DNA of 64,000 nucleotides, from IMG/VR virus record IMGVR_UViG_3300027763_000029. One strand, given 5' to 3'. This document shows, one piece after another, positions 43,601 to 52,670 of the stretch; the stretch's first letter is position 1; each line of letters starts with the position of its first letter. A model generated the notes under the pieces. The model was not told the origin of the DNA. It ran no database searches and saw nothing but the letters and a program-made list of their open reading frames with translations. Origin of the DNA: a virus. The position numbers were made by a program, and so were the translations under genes.

Positions 43601-44928
43601 TTTGTTGGAGTTACTGTTGACGTTATTGTTTTTGTTAATGTTGGAGTTGCTGTTAATGTTGGAGTTAATGTTTTTGTTGGAGTTAGTGTTGGAGTCAATG
43701 TTGTTGTTTTAGTAACTGTTGCACTAACCGTTGGAGTTACTGTTGGAGTTAATGTGCTTGTTGCAGTATTACTTACAGTAACTGTTGGAGTACAAAGATT
43801 ATCAGGATTATATGAGCAATAAGGACCACTGCCATTAGCAAAAGCACTAATAAAAGCAGGTGCTACATCACTCTGAGTAGCATATGTCCAATATCCTTCA
43901 TTAATACCATATCCCTTATAATATCCAGCTTTAATCCACTCATCTTCTGTTGGTATCCAATATTTTGCCCCATCTTCTTTTGGATAAATTCCATAGTTAG
44001 CACCATCCAAAAAATATGCTCCGTCTTCTGTGGTAGATCTATCTTGTAATCCAGTATTTGGTTTTCCGTTATGTAACCAGTTGCAGTATCTTGCTGCATT
44101 ATACCAGCTGATAAAAACTACCGGTTTATTACCCATATATGATCTTGATATATAATCATATATTCCATAGCTTGTTGATCTTTGTATTCCTCCTCTAGGA
44201 TCAGAGGACATTAGGGGATTATAAGCATTATAATAATCATATTTTGCTGTGCTATTTAAAAAATCAACATACTCATCGTTAGTAATTTCATACTTGCTAA
44301 TAGCATACTTATAGCTAACGCTTCCATATCCATTAGAATCATTAGAATTATTGATATCTTCAATAACAACAAATCTATTATTTTCAAAATCACATGAACA
44401 TGGTCTAAATCCTAACTTATCCGAAATATATGATGGATCAGCAAGTGTTCTATCTTTAAGAGAAGACGAACTTGTTGTTGACCAGTTTCCACCCCTATAA
44501 ACTCTCTTAATAGAGTTTCCACTAATAGTATCATTCCATTCACTAGCATTACCGTCCATATCATAGCAGTCATAATAGCTTGGTCCGCCATTAGTTCCTA
44601 CCGACGTTGTGTTACCTTGACCAGTAATATTCCAAATTGCAAAATTATTATAGTTGGCCGTATTGAATCCAGTTATCCTAGCTAATATAATAGGATTATC
44701 TGTAGTAGCATCACTAAAAATTAAATAATACCTATCAGGCTGTAATTTAAGAAGGTTATTAAAGCTTGATCCTGGTACCCAAGAATACATCTCTAGTCCA
44801 TCATAGGATATTCCTAATACTTTTTTTATCCTAGATTTAAATGGAGCATCATCAATAGTTAAACTGGTTAATCCAGTATATTTGACTATTTCCGTTGCCT
44901 GGGTGATGATGCAGAGATTGTCTATCAT
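37609..44928 (-). CDS. Giant modular appendage protein (2439 aa): module A, three permuted FGE/CLec domains, LamG, propeller repeats, FN3-like pair, C-terminal propeller
   Basis: LamG DFTVEAWI...WTHVAFSR...YIDELRVTKG; IAYGNGMFVAV/STDGINWT repeats; three FGE motif sets. Confidence 0.8.
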   Translation of the reverse strand: MIDNLCIITQATEIVKYTGLTSLTIDDAPFKSRIKKVLGISYDGLEMYSWVPGSSFNNLLKLQPDRYYLIFSDATTDNPIILARITGFNTANYNNFAIWNITGQGNTTSVGTNGGPSYYDCYDMDGNASEWNDTISGNSIKRVYRGGNWSTTSSSSLKDRTLADPSYISDKLGFRPCSCDFENNRFVVIEDINNSNDSNGYGSVSYKYAISKYEITNDEYVDFLNSTAKYDYYNAYNPLMSSDPRGGIQRSTSYGIYDYISRSYMGNKPVVFISWYNAARYCNWLHNGKPNTGLQDRSTTEDGAYFLDGANYGIYPKEDGAKYWIPTEDEWIKAGYYKGYGINEGYWTYATQSDVAPAFISAFANGSGPYCSYNPDNLCTPTVTVSNTATSTLTPTVTPTVSATVTKTTTLTPTLTPTKTLTPTLTATPTLTKTITSTVTPTKTPTNTVSPTLTKTPTVTPTVTPTKTLTPTVTPTKTLTPTVTPTKTLTPTLTPSTCPVGSADTFSNNVSLLLHFNGSNNSQVFTDSSSNSSTNTISYVGDAKISTDDYRFNNSSLYIDGVGDYLQIPANSTLFGFGSGDFTVEAWIKIIAYGTYDTQLFTTTGISTNFSFSVRNNGILNFWNGSASTSFGTTAVPLNQWTHVAFSRAAGQIRAYINGSEVGLASIPTLLSNTLPVCIGATPNYPNSNTCYIDELRVTKGIARYTTQNFTYHCPSPDPSPTPTNTLTATTTKTPTNTSTLTVTPTKTPTVTPTPTITKTITATATKTPTPTVTPTQQVFITQRSTTNQSLDVSINDLGLGSVSSPIDIAILGSDYITVGKGFPAIILTNGGSIYLNDNIDNQNGWILGPDLSSLPGSNSGPSYYSGISSITYNPISGMLIILPSARKTSRDYNASVLPSNKYYYSYDKGYSWEVGTIPYGFWQSIAYGNGMFVAVASHSTQVVENLTYPALSPHLYITSTDGINWTARTLPSPTSSYFNTYYAGYSRISFLNNTFVVSPSNKAIVPGGYYVGNGDCVLFSSDGLNWTKRNINGIGGMSITYGESKWIAVSDSIFNSASVKYSYDTINWTNASLDSSAPASSSIAYGDHTFIFAGYGITGENRYGVSIDGINWRIKNDLPLGWGGYGGQTYYTKIVYLNNGRFMMLARDPETFSFSTRALSVSSFIFSIGSNSANFSNCADWGGNDGDLTTVGSNGGPSAYGTYDQSGNIFEWNDLNGVGGPGALSQGVYRQLRGGAFNEFTISYIGAGNNRSHIPSDVSNSFGFRVASSYSTLNPLGLSNFVTVGDINNANDTYTTKGAVSYIYNIGKYAVTNSEYTEFLNSIAITDTYNLYHPNMGSNGIGQVGGIVQSGSSGSYSYSVKVNHGNKPVNWISWFDAARYCNWLHNGKPSGIQNNSTTEDGAYSLNGLFNGNAVSRKVGAKYHIPTENEWYKAAYYKGYGVNSGYWRYATQNDSDPVCVSADISGDGMIPSPTPTPTVTPTNTPAITKTPTITPTITVTSTITPTRTPTKTLTPTVTSTLTVTPTRTPPPTSTPVRYALPAGANTANFNYCADWDSIDGNVTTVGTNGGPSAYGTYDMNGNVFEWIDDVPGVGSYNYVGGSYLSSLSEFGDDVGIYGRASWGLGDYIGFRLATLTNPNNYSNFVSVGDPNNQSNTKPSRKGNVSYTYMIQKYPVTNNEYRDFLNAVATTDTYELYYANMGISRGGIIRSGTNGSYSYSTKTNYDDKPINLVSWLSTARYCNWLHNNKPTGLQDSSTTEDGAYNLSGAISGNISRNTIAKYFIPNFNEWYKAAYYKGDGTNSGYWKYATQSDTAPTCISSNSIGYGPLATPTPTPTRTPAVTQTPTITATSTTTPTPTTTPLPLVPTLVSVSTSSFAVIFNVNDFQVAFELNSSSDGGSNWILEGNGTVSSNSNNTSYITYSESKIWRVKCWKSITPDIVSPWSNTHTYINPENLIPPSITNITANSITITNMDRRTDGYGYYILEFSTDNIKWKLFDYNPISYAIPLIRGHSNGIVSWRIRLLNYGTGISVSDWNTITVAPTPTPTVTQTLTPSLTVTPTITSTITPTKTLTLTPTITPTITSTITSTITPTKTPTPTLTATPTSTQTVFTQVAPYAYFPGYGIQSLVFEGNSNRVHGLAGATGGVLFCLDVSSNIFSIRSIGLGTGISCPITVGTNGSVFIAKDNFIIHCIGSSTSYSNYTTSFSGLGTFDFIKYDSNSSKLYASVGGFIKSYDVSAFFNTPLTESASLNLGVSARNIVKFGLKLYILGDGVVYVYDINSNTITKFINLPTGLFNYPSLISHSNMFLDTNNRLFIPMPNYSMGQSGLVIINTATDTISNTITLPVGCEFIAAGIHVNTIYDRAYMNLYNSSVNNSTNKLISIDITDSISNGNVGVIAKSISTIAPRFGLISNGSKLIVGGGGYDDYLVSYTDIGPFI
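43461..43540. repeat. 30-bp tandem repeat x2.7 (TPTKTLTPTV)
   Basis: TCAATGTTTTAGTTGGAGTAACAGTTGGCG repeated. Confidence 0.85.
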
Positions 44929-44981
44929 TAGATAAAAATTTCATATGAATTGATAATATTAGCCTTGTCCTATAACATAGT

Positions 44982-44988
44982 ATACACC
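44982..44988 (-). promoter_or_regulatory. RGTGTAT motif, putative late promoter
   Basis: ATACACC in the intergenic gap, 54 nt upstream of start 44928. Confidence 0.55.
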
Positions 44989-45022
44989 CAACAAGTACAA
45001 TGAATTTAGCCAGAAATATAAT

Positions 45023-45652
45023 TTATGTTGTTAACCAAACCTTTATGCCATCCCAATATGCAGCATCTCTTCTTAGGAGTGTTAGATATTGTCCTTGATC
45101 CAAATGAGTAGAATATGATCCAGAACCAGACGATCCTATTTGAAGTTCCACTACAGGACTACCAACATCGGGCCCAGTATTTTTCCATATTGAAGCTTCT
45201 CCATAATTTGGATCTCCATATGCTGATACTGATGTCCATGATACATGAATGGTTCCTGAAACTAATGCTGTAACCTTAAGTTGTTCAGTAGTAGTCCATG
45301 AATTTTTTGTATAAGCGGTTTCTTCTGATGCTCCGCTACCACCAGCATCCCAGGTTCCTGTTAGAGACAAAGATAGTATCATAGTAGGAGGGATCGTCTC
45401 CAAGTAAGAATATAGAGTAAAGTTTGGATTGTCTATATTACCTATAATTAAGTATTTTTTATTTGTCTCAAAATCAGTTAATGTATTAAATTTTCCATTT
45501 GGAGAAAATTCTACTAAATGATCATTATCTTCACTAATTCCAATTACTTTACTAAGATTATCTAATGCTTCATTTGTTAAATTTGATATCGGCACATTAT
45601 AACCGGTATACTCTATAAATGAATATTTTTTAGAAATTTTTACATTTTTCAT
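45023..45652 (-). CDS. Small appendage protein: module A plus a beta module shared with 21614..24274
   Basis: FIEYTG...KFNTLTDFETNKKYLII; WDAGGSGASEETAYTK...GTIHVSW matches WDSGYAGVSEATAFRK...GKIHIKW. Confidence 0.7.
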   Translation of the reverse strand: MKNVKISKKYSFIEYTGYNVPISNLTNEALDNLSKVIGISEDNDHLVEFSPNGKFNTLTDFETNKKYLIIGNIDNPNFTLYSYLETIPPTMILSLSLTGTWDAGGSGASEETAYTKNSWTTTEQLKVTALVSGTIHVSWTSVSAYGDPNYGEASIWKNTGPDVGSPVVELQIGSSGSGSYSTHLDQGQYLTLLRRDAAYWDGIKVWLTT

Positions 45653-45664
45653 TTGATCACATTA

Positions 45665-45868
45665 TTATAGAATAACAGTAGTCAATAGCAATTCATTTGA
45701 TTCTTTATTATATATCTCTATTTTTTCTAAACCCTCTGTATTTTCTAATAATTCCATTATTCCTCTAGGATATTTTTTATCATCCAATACAGATAGTATA
45801 CTATCTAAATTAACTGATGTATTACCATATACATTTACAATATATTTTGTTAAAGTTAGTGTTTGCAT
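45665..45868 (-). CDS. Small hypothetical protein
   Basis: 67 aa ORF filling the gap between co-oriented genes; TAAGGA Shine-Dalgarno. Confidence 0.55.
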   Translation of the reverse strand: MQTLTLTKYIVNVYGNTSVNLDSILSVLDDKKYPRGIMELLENTEGLEKIEIYNKESNELLLTTVIL

Positions 45869-45882
45869 AATATTTCCTTATT

Positions 45883-48870
45883 TTATGTAGCGTCGTATAT
45901 TACTATTGATGGGTTGGTATTAGAATATCCACCAAGAGCTAATCTATTTGATAGATAGATCGTTCCTAATCTTGGAACTCCAACACAGAAATTTTTTGTA
46001 AGTATACCTATATCGTCATTATCTATCGAAGCAGCAATATCTAATCCTACTAGTCTGTTGGATGAATTACTAGTACTAGAATTGTTACAATTGATATAGG
46101 CTATGTCATGAGCAACGTCAACAGCAATATTAGCTTGAATAAAGTTAATACCCACAGGCAACGATATTGTATTGCTTATAGTATTATTAGAGGTATTAAT
46201 TACTAGTAAACAGGCTTGACCATTTCCAAAACTTGGTAATGGAATATATAGTTTATGGTTTGTATTATCTAGGAAAGAGTTAGAAGAGCTAATATTGGTA
46301 ATACTTCCAAATTCCGCTGGTAAAGTTATCGAAGTTACTTCGGTATTTCCATCAGTATCTATAACAATTATTGAGGTATCAGTAATCAAATATAGCCTAT
46401 CATCCGTTGAATTGACTAATATATTTTTGACATTAGTACCAACAGCTAAAGTTAAGCTAGATATTTCAGTAAGAGAAGTAGAGGTAGATGTACTATAGGT
46501 CTTTAACATACCTCCTATAATACCATATAAACGATTAGATGAACTATCGTACTTAATAAAACCAAAAGATCCAAGAGAACCAGATATACTAATAACAGAA
46601 TTAAGATTATCTAAATCATAAACACCTATTTTATTATTTGATCCAAGATAGATTCTTTCATCTTCACCAATTGTCATTGGACATGTTGCTATTGTCATAG
46701 AACTATTTTGTAAATGAAGAGCATCTAGAACATCTAAACTAGATGAATATGAGTCAAACTTATATATAGATTGAAAAGAAGTATCATAATCAACTAAACA
46801 GTAAATAAAATTACTATTACCTCCAACTCCTATATCTGTAAATTTATGACGACGATATAGACTTTGTAAGTTCTTATATGCCAAAGTAGGAAATACTACC
46901 TGAGTCGCTGTTGGCGTTACTGTTGAAGTTGGAGTAACAGTTGGAGTTTCTGTAATGCTAGGAGTTACTGTTGGACTTAATGTTAATGTAGGAGTCGGTG
47001 TTGTTGTTTCTGTAGGTGTTGGAGTTAAGGTCGTGGTTTCTGTAACAGTTATGGTTAAAGTCGGAGTTGCTGTTGTACTAGGCGTTAATGTTGGAGTTTC
47101 TGTTGGGGTGAGAGTTGGAGTTAGAGTATTTGTTGGAGTTAGCGTTGGTGTTAGTGTTTCTGTTGGCGTTAGAGTTGGAGTTAAAGTCTCTGTTACTGTT
47201 GGAGTTACAGTATTTGTTGGAGTTGCCGTTACTGTTGGAGTAAGAGTTTCGGTTGGTGTTATGGTTTGAGTTGGTGTTATAGTTTGAGTTAGCGTAACAG
47301 TTGGCGTAGGAGTTTGAGTTAGCGTAGGGCTTATTGTTAAGGTTGGTGTTACTGTAACAGTTGATGATATTGTTTGTGTTGGCGTAGCCGTTGGTGAATT
47401 TGTAATTACTGGAGTTCTAGTAAGTGTTGGAGTATTAGTAGGACTTACTGTTATTGTTGGAGTACAAACATTATCGGCATTGTAAGCACAATACGGACCA
47501 CTACCACAAGATCCAGCACTAATCGATACTGGAGTACTATTACTCTGAGTTGCATAATTGAAATAGCTTGGATTTTTATAGTATGCTGCCTTAACCCACT
47601 CATCTTCTGTTGGAATCCAATATTTAGCGCCATTATTTTTTGGTATGATTCCTTGATTTGCTCCATATATATCGTATGCACCAGTTTCTGTGCTGTTGGC
47701 AGTTGGTGCTCCTGATACTATTTTGCCGTTATGGAGCCAGTTAGCGTATCTTGCGGCATTATACCAGCTGACATAAACAACTGGTTTATTTCCCATACAT
47801 GGCTTACTATAGTAAGAATACGAACCATTAGATCCAGTTCTGATTATTCCGGCTCTAATATCATTAATTGTAGCAGTATCGTATAGTCCATAAGTATCTA
47901 CTACTGCCGTAGCATTTAAAAAATCAACATACTGATCATTTGTTACAGTATATTTTTGTATCATATACTGATATGGTACAGACCCATATCCTGTAACAGC
48001 ATCTGGTTCATTGTCCTCGTCTAATATCGGGATAAAAAAATTATAATTTGAAGGATTTGACCAAGAAGCTAATCTAAATCCTAAAGTATTCAAAGATCCA
48101 GAAGGAGAGTATATTGTTCGAGCACTTTTAGCTAAACTGGAAGATGATGAAGACCAATTTCCTCCTCTAAAGCTTCTGGAAAAATTATTAAGAATATTAT
48201 CAGTCCACTCATCAACATTTCCATTCATATCATAACAACCGTAATGGCTAGCACCACCATTAGTTCCAACAACGGTTACATTGCCTGTTTGAGCATTCCA
48301 TCCTCCAGTATTGTTGTAATTAACAGCATTAAAACCAGCCATAACCGGTGGTTTTTCCCATAGAACGAAAGGAGTACCATTAGTAATGATCAAATACATT
48401 TTATTAGGAGATAGATAGGTTAAAGTATTAAACTGACTATCTTTAGTCCATGAAATAAAAGAAGAACCATTACTACTAACTCCATAAATTTTTTCTATAA
48501 AAGGAAATGTTCTGCTTGTAATATTTAAATTTTCTGTATTCTTATATGTTACTAATGAAATTTTATTTTGTAGTATTATAGAAGATGTTGGTAGAACGTC
48601 TGCTGTTACTGGCCCAAAAGAATACTCAGGATATTTTTGTGAGCTTACTATTATGTAGTTTTTATTTGTTTCTAAACTTGTAAGACTATTAAAAATACCA
48701 CTAGGTTGATAATAGACATAATGATCTCCGTCTTCACCAACTGTAAAAATAGTAGATATTTCTGATTTAACATTATTATCAAGACTATCTAAAGATAGAT
48801 TATCTCCTAAATATTCTATAAAAGATAGCTGTTTTGTGATATTAATGCTATTACCATTGATCATATTCAT
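45883..48870 (-). CDS. Modular appendage protein: 2x module A, permuted FGE/CLec domain, Thr/Pro stalk, beta-propeller
   Basis: FGE motif set; C-terminal region paralogous to that of 37609..44928 ([38 protein letters not shown]). Confidence 0.75.
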   Translation of the reverse strand: MNMINGNSINITKQLSFIEYLGDNLSLDSLDNNVKSEISTIFTVGEDGDHYVYYQPSGIFNSLTSLETNKNYIIVSSQKYPEYSFGPVTADVLPTSSIILQNKISLVTYKNTENLNITSRTFPFIEKIYGVSSNGSSFISWTKDSQFNTLTYLSPNKMYLIITNGTPFVLWEKPPVMAGFNAVNYNNTGGWNAQTGNVTVVGTNGGASHYGCYDMNGNVDEWTDNILNNFSRSFRGGNWSSSSSSLAKSARTIYSPSGSLNTLGFRLASWSNPSNYNFFIPILDEDNEPDAVTGYGSVPYQYMIQKYTVTNDQYVDFLNATAVVDTYGLYDTATINDIRAGIIRTGSNGSYSYYSKPCMGNKPVVYVSWYNAARYANWLHNGKIVSGAPTANSTETGAYDIYGANQGIIPKNNGAKYWIPTEDEWVKAAYYKNPSYFNYATQSNSTPVSISAGSCGSGPYCAYNADNVCTPTITVSPTNTPTLTRTPVITNSPTATPTQTISSTVTVTPTLTISPTLTQTPTPTVTLTQTITPTQTITPTETLTPTVTATPTNTVTPTVTETLTPTLTPTETLTPTLTPTNTLTPTLTPTETPTLTPSTTATPTLTITVTETTTLTPTPTETTTPTPTLTLSPTVTPSITETPTVTPTSTVTPTATQVVFPTLAYKNLQSLYRRHKFTDIGVGGNSNFIYCLVDYDTSFQSIYKFDSYSSSLDVLDALHLQNSSMTIATCPMTIGEDERIYLGSNNKIGVYDLDNLNSVISISGSLGSFGFIKYDSSSNRLYGIIGGMLKTYSTSTSTSLTEISSLTLAVGTNVKNILVNSTDDRLYLITDTSIIVIDTDGNTEVTSITLPAEFGSITNISSSNSFLDNTNHKLYIPLPSFGNGQACLLVINTSNNTISNTISLPVGINFIQANIAVDVAHDIAYINCNNSSTSNSSNRLVGLDIAASIDNDDIGILTKNFCVGVPRLGTIYLSNRLALGGYSNTNPSIVIYDAT

Positions 48871-48960
48871 AATATTTTATATCTTTAGTCCTAAGATCTT
48901 ATTTAAATGATTGTTATTCCTCAATGGTCATAAAGAGGAGTATTCTGTAAAATTAAAACA

Positions 48961-50910
48961 TTATCCCAATATAACATCGCCAGCTTTAAATACTCCATAG
49001 TATCTCTTATTGTTGAGTGATGCTTTAGTGAAAACGAATGGCTCATCAACATAGGTGCTATTGGAGAAAGTCACTTGAGCCACTTGTACACTATTAACAA
49101 TCAATCTCATAATTTGAGGCATATCATCTGGTGATAATGCATTAAAAGAGAATACGTCCCCAACACTGCCTTTGAATGTTACTCCATCAGAAGATTCTCC
49201 AGCAGTAGTAGTATTAACAGTTATAGATAAAGTTGTATCATAAGCTGGTGATGGTGTTGGAGAAGGGGTCGCAGTTTGAGTTACTGCTGGAGTTGCTGTT
49301 ACTGTTGGAGTTACTGAAATAGTAGGTGTTACAGCTGCTGTTCTTGTTAAGGTTGGAGTAGGAGTTGGTTGTAATAAACAATCATTGCAATATATATTGA
49401 TAAGTTTATTGGTCCCAGCAGAACATCCTGGATCTTCTGGATAGACTGTTAATTTTAAGATATTGAATTTTGTATTCTTGATATTCTCAGAGAAAGCTAC
49501 TCCGGTATCATTATATTCAAAGCAGTCATCACAACTAAGATCATTATCAAAATAAAACATATTAGCAATAGTAACAGCAGTAGTATCAGGATAAAAAGAT
49601 CCACTTCTTGGATATATATTACATGGCCAGTTTGAGGAAACTGATTCAAAAGAGTAATTATATTTTCTACCAATAGTTAAGTCTGAGATTGTTGTGGATA
49701 TGGTTGTACTATTGACATTTTGAGTATTAAGAGCGATTGTGCTATTAGCGTCATCTATTATTGGGCAATTAACATATGTGGAATAATCTGTATGATTATT
49801 TGCTTGATTATAGATAAGATGGACAGAATCAGTATCTAGAACAACATTCTTATCTAGCAAATCAACATTAACAATAACATTTTTTGCAGTATCCATTGAT
49901 AGCATTGATAAACAATCACCAAGACTATTTACTGTATATAGAGATCCTGAGCTTGGAACCATCATCGGGCTACCAGTATCACTACTGACTCTGAATCTAT
50001 ATGTATATTCGTAATTATCTCTTTTTGTATTTGATACAGATACGTTGATTGGGATGGCGTTCTCTAAATCAGAATCTGTTAATCTTGTTATTTTATCTCT
50101 TCCAATTATACTAATGTTTGGCTTACGTGCAGTAGAATATGTTGAATCAGGATTAACTGAAATTGATTGTTCTGATATGGCGTTCTGAATATCAGCCGAT
50201 GGTATAGATAGTGGTGTAAATAATCTTCCGCCAAGAACTTGATCTCCGCATATGAAAGCTATTGAGTCACCACAGACTAAATTATTATCTTTGAATAAGT
50301 TAATATTTAGGATTATATTATTTGTATCATTAAATAGTACTGTTAGTGGTATAGTTGCTGGTAAGTTATTATTACTGATTATAGTTCCAGATTGTGGCGA
50401 TACTGATGGAACTCCACCAGCGCCAACAGCACTTATCGAATAAGTATACGGATAACCATTTTCAGCATCTCTAACAGTAGCTATTATTGGTAGTGGATTA
50501 GAGCAAGCAGAGTCTGCTATGTATGTGATATCGGCCATGTCAAAATTAACAGATACTTTATCAACACTACTACTAAGTGATCCACTAATAGTTGGGGCAG
50601 AATAAGGGAATATTATTCTTGTTCCACTAACCGGATGTACCATATGGGAAATAACATAGTACGAGTGGCTAGATTCTAATTCGGTCAAAGTAGATGCTGT
50701 CGATATGGTATTATCAGAATTTTTAAAGAAAACGGGGATGCTACTATCTTCTCTTTGTGATCCATAAATAGCCTTAACACTATCTATAAATCTTTTATAT
50801 TTTGACTCCTCTATTGATCCACTAGTAATTCCTGCCGGAGTAGATGAGCTTAAGGGTAAATTAGCCTTACCATCGTAGCGCGTAATTGTAAATTGAGAAT
50901 CAATGATCAT
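48961..50910 (-). CDS. Scaffold-like protein: module A, 3x module B, Thr/Pro linker, module C
   Basis: Repeats YTYSI..PQSG / YTYRF..PSSG / YNYSF..PRSG; C-terminal DTTLSI...SDGVTF...YYGVF; GAGG Shine-Dalgarno. Confidence 0.65.
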   Translation of the reverse strand: MIIDSQFTITRYDGKANLPLSSSTPAGITSGSIEESKYKRFIDSVKAIYGSQREDSSIPVFFKNSDNTISTASTLTELESSHSYYVISHMVHPVSGTRIIFPYSAPTISGSLSSSVDKVSVNFDMADITYIADSACSNPLPIIATVRDAENGYPYTYSISAVGAGGVPSVSPQSGTIISNNNLPATIPLTVLFNDTNNIILNINLFKDNNLVCGDSIAFICGDQVLGGRLFTPLSIPSADIQNAISEQSISVNPDSTYSTARKPNISIIGRDKITRLTDSDLENAIPINVSVSNTKRDNYEYTYRFRVSSDTGSPMMVPSSGSLYTVNSLGDCLSMLSMDTAKNVIVNVDLLDKNVVLDTDSVHLIYNQANNHTDYSTYVNCPIIDDANSTIALNTQNVNSTTISTTISDLTIGRKYNYSFESVSSNWPCNIYPRSGSFYPDTTAVTIANMFYFDNDLSCDDCFEYNDTGVAFSENIKNTKFNILKLTVYPEDPGCSAGTNKLINIYCNDCLLQPTPTPTLTRTAAVTPTISVTPTVTATPAVTQTATPSPTPSPAYDTTLSITVNTTTAGESSDGVTFKGSVGDVFSFNALSPDDMPQIMRLIVNSVQVAQVTFSNSTYVDEPFVFTKASLNNKRYYGVFKAGDVILG

Positions 50911-50938
50911 TTTACCCTCGTATTGATGGTTTTATTGG

Positions 50939-51625
50939 TTATGTAAGATCTAATACACCCTGATCTATAGAGGAATCGTACTTTTGATTATTGCTTGTAA
51001 CACTAATACTTTGGTTAATAAAATTAGATAAATATACCAATGTGCCAATTTTTACACCTAGAATTTTGACATCCGAAGAAGTATTAATCAGTGGTGAAAT
51101 TGACTTTAATAAGCCTATTTTTGAAGATATCTCTTGTATATTACCTATAGATATAACAGTATCTCTATACTGATTGCTATATGGAATAAACTTAAAAATA
51201 GGTAATTGATCAACTTTATATTCCCAATTATTATATACGCTTAAAACTATATCAGATCCATCATTTACTTCACAATCACTAAGAGTACCACATTTGACAA
51301 CACACATCTGAGATGCTGTAATATTTATGCCACTAATCTCTGCTTTAACTATATGAATTTTTGTTGGATCAATTCTCATTAGAGTAGATAGCTTTTGAGA
51401 ATTGGCACTAGCTCTAATAATTTGATTTGTTGGAGAAAATGAAGCAGTATTATTCAAAGTGGAGTAGTTGATGGAGTATGATTGACCAATAATAAGATTA
51501 TTAATATCTAACGAGACTATAATTTCTCTGCACTCGCAGTTTTTATAGGCCAATACAATGATATTATCTCTGGGTTTTTGAGGAGAATAATAGTCTAAAT
51601 TAAAATTAATGCTAGTAGTAGGCAT
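50939..51625 (-). CDS. Module B protein with a divergent module C-like C-terminus
   Basis: CEC...NNLIIGQSYSINY...ASQMCVVKCG; N-terminus parallels 53142..57059 (INFNLDYYSP vs ITFDFSYYLP). Confidence 0.6.
   Translation of the reverse strand: MPTTSINFNLDYYSPQKPRDNIIVLAYKNCECREIIVSLDINNLIIGQSYSINYSTLNNTASFSPTNQIIRASANSQKLSTLMRIDPTKIHIVKAEISGINITASQMCVVKCGTLSDCEVNDGSDIVLSVYNNWEYKVDQLPIFKFIPYSNQYRDTVISIGNIQEISSKIGLLKSISPLINTSSDVKILGVKIGTLVYLSNFINQSISVTSNNQKYDSSIDQGVLDLT
50953..50959 (-). promoter_or_regulatory. RGTGTAT motif embedded in the 3' end of the upstream CDS
   Basis: ATACACC 43 nt upstream of start 50910. Confidence 0.4.
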
Positions 51626-51652
51626 AAGTTAGTATCCCATGGTTATTAATAT

Positions 51653-51659
51653 ATACACT
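51653..51659 (-). promoter_or_regulatory. RGTGTAT motif, putative late promoter
   Basis: ATACACT overlapping the upstream TAG stop, 28 nt upstream of start 51625. Confidence 0.5.
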
Positions 51660-52659
51660 ATTCGTCTAAAATAACTATGGCTAAAGCATCTATAGAATTA
51701 AGATTTTCATCAGTTAAAGTACATTTGACTATAGCTTGGCCAGTTTCTGCCTGTATAGATAAATTAGAAAATACTTTGCCAATATATGATGTATTTGAAC
51801 TATTCGGATTTAATGATAAAATTCCACTCTTATTGTCAAATATAAGATTAGCAGTGTCTGATTCTGAGTCAAAAAGATAAGAATAGTTTTTATTAGCTTG
51901 ACCATTAATGGATACTGATACAAGATAAGAATTATTGGAGTTATTATCTCTTATTGGTATATTGTATACTTGTTGATCAAACGCAGCTCCAAATGCTGCA
52001 TCTTGCGGCATTGGCGTATGTGAAGGGGTGATGGTTGGTGTAGCCGTTACTACTGGGGTAGAAGTATTTGCTGGCGTTGCTGTTGGAGTAATGCTTGTGG
52101 TTACTGTTGGCGTTAGTGTTGGCGTTGATGTTACCGCCGGTGTCGGTGAAGGAGGTAAAAAAGACCAAAGATCATAAGGAACAGAATTACTTTGTACTAG
52201 ATATGAAACACCATTTTGTAAAGATATTAGACTATTCATAGTAGAATTTTTAGACCAGGATAATGGATTTAGACCATCATTACTAAAACCAAAAATTTGA
52301 TCTATATTAGATATTGAAGATATTGATGATATCAGTGAAGAGTTAGCACTTGATGTAAATGAAGCTATCTCTAAAGTTTTTGTTAATCTTTTACTGGTTG
52401 TGTTCTTTCCAGAGTCTACTTCGCTATACAATGAATAGTTCGGATTATTTAATTTGCTAACTATGAGATATCCACTGCCATTAGTGATAGTAGAAAGAGA
52501 ATTAAATATTGATGAAGAAGACCAGGAGAGAAAAGATGATCCATCAGTATTAATAGATAAGATATAATCGATATTAGATGTACTTGTAAGTTCTGATATG
52601 GGTCTTGTAGTACCTAAATATTCTATAAGTTGAAATTTTTTATTTATGATTAATCCCAT
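51658..52659 (-). CDS. Adapter-like protein: 2x module A, Thr/Pro linker, module B
   Basis: Two SW...NSL...G..YL repeats; C-terminal NKNYSYLF...FDNKSG...IVKCTL. Confidence 0.65.
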   Translation of the reverse strand: MGLIINKKFQLIEYLGTTRPISELTSTSNIDYILSINTDGSSFLSWSSSSIFNSLSTITNGSGYLIVSKLNNPNYSLYSEVDSGKNTTSKRLTKTLEIASFTSSANSSLISSISSISNIDQIFGFSNDGLNPLSWSKNSTMNSLISLQNGVSYLVQSNSVPYDLWSFLPPSPTPAVTSTPTLTPTVTTSITPTATPANTSTPVVTATPTITPSHTPMPQDAAFGAAFDQQVYNIPIRDNNSNNSYLVSVSINGQANKNYSYLFDSESDTANLIFDNKSGILSLNPNSSNTSYIGKVFSNLSIQAETGQAIVKCTLTDENLNSIDALAIVILDE

Positions 52660-52670
52660 TAACTATATCC

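Noticed and set aside
23250-48336. Complete diversity-generating retroelement in this window
   Set aside because: No reverse transcriptase, accessory gene or non-coding template repeat seen; the pockets differ by indels rather than adenine-only substitutions.
23250-48336. Active formylglycine-generating enzymes or sulfatase-maturation auxiliary genes
   Set aside because: The catalytic Cys pair is absent from the pocket segment, and the domains sit on stalks in a tail module.
48915-48942. Inverted repeat TATTCCTC-N12-GAGGAGTA as a terminator
   Set aside because: Long loop, a mismatch on the transcribed strand, and no U-tract.
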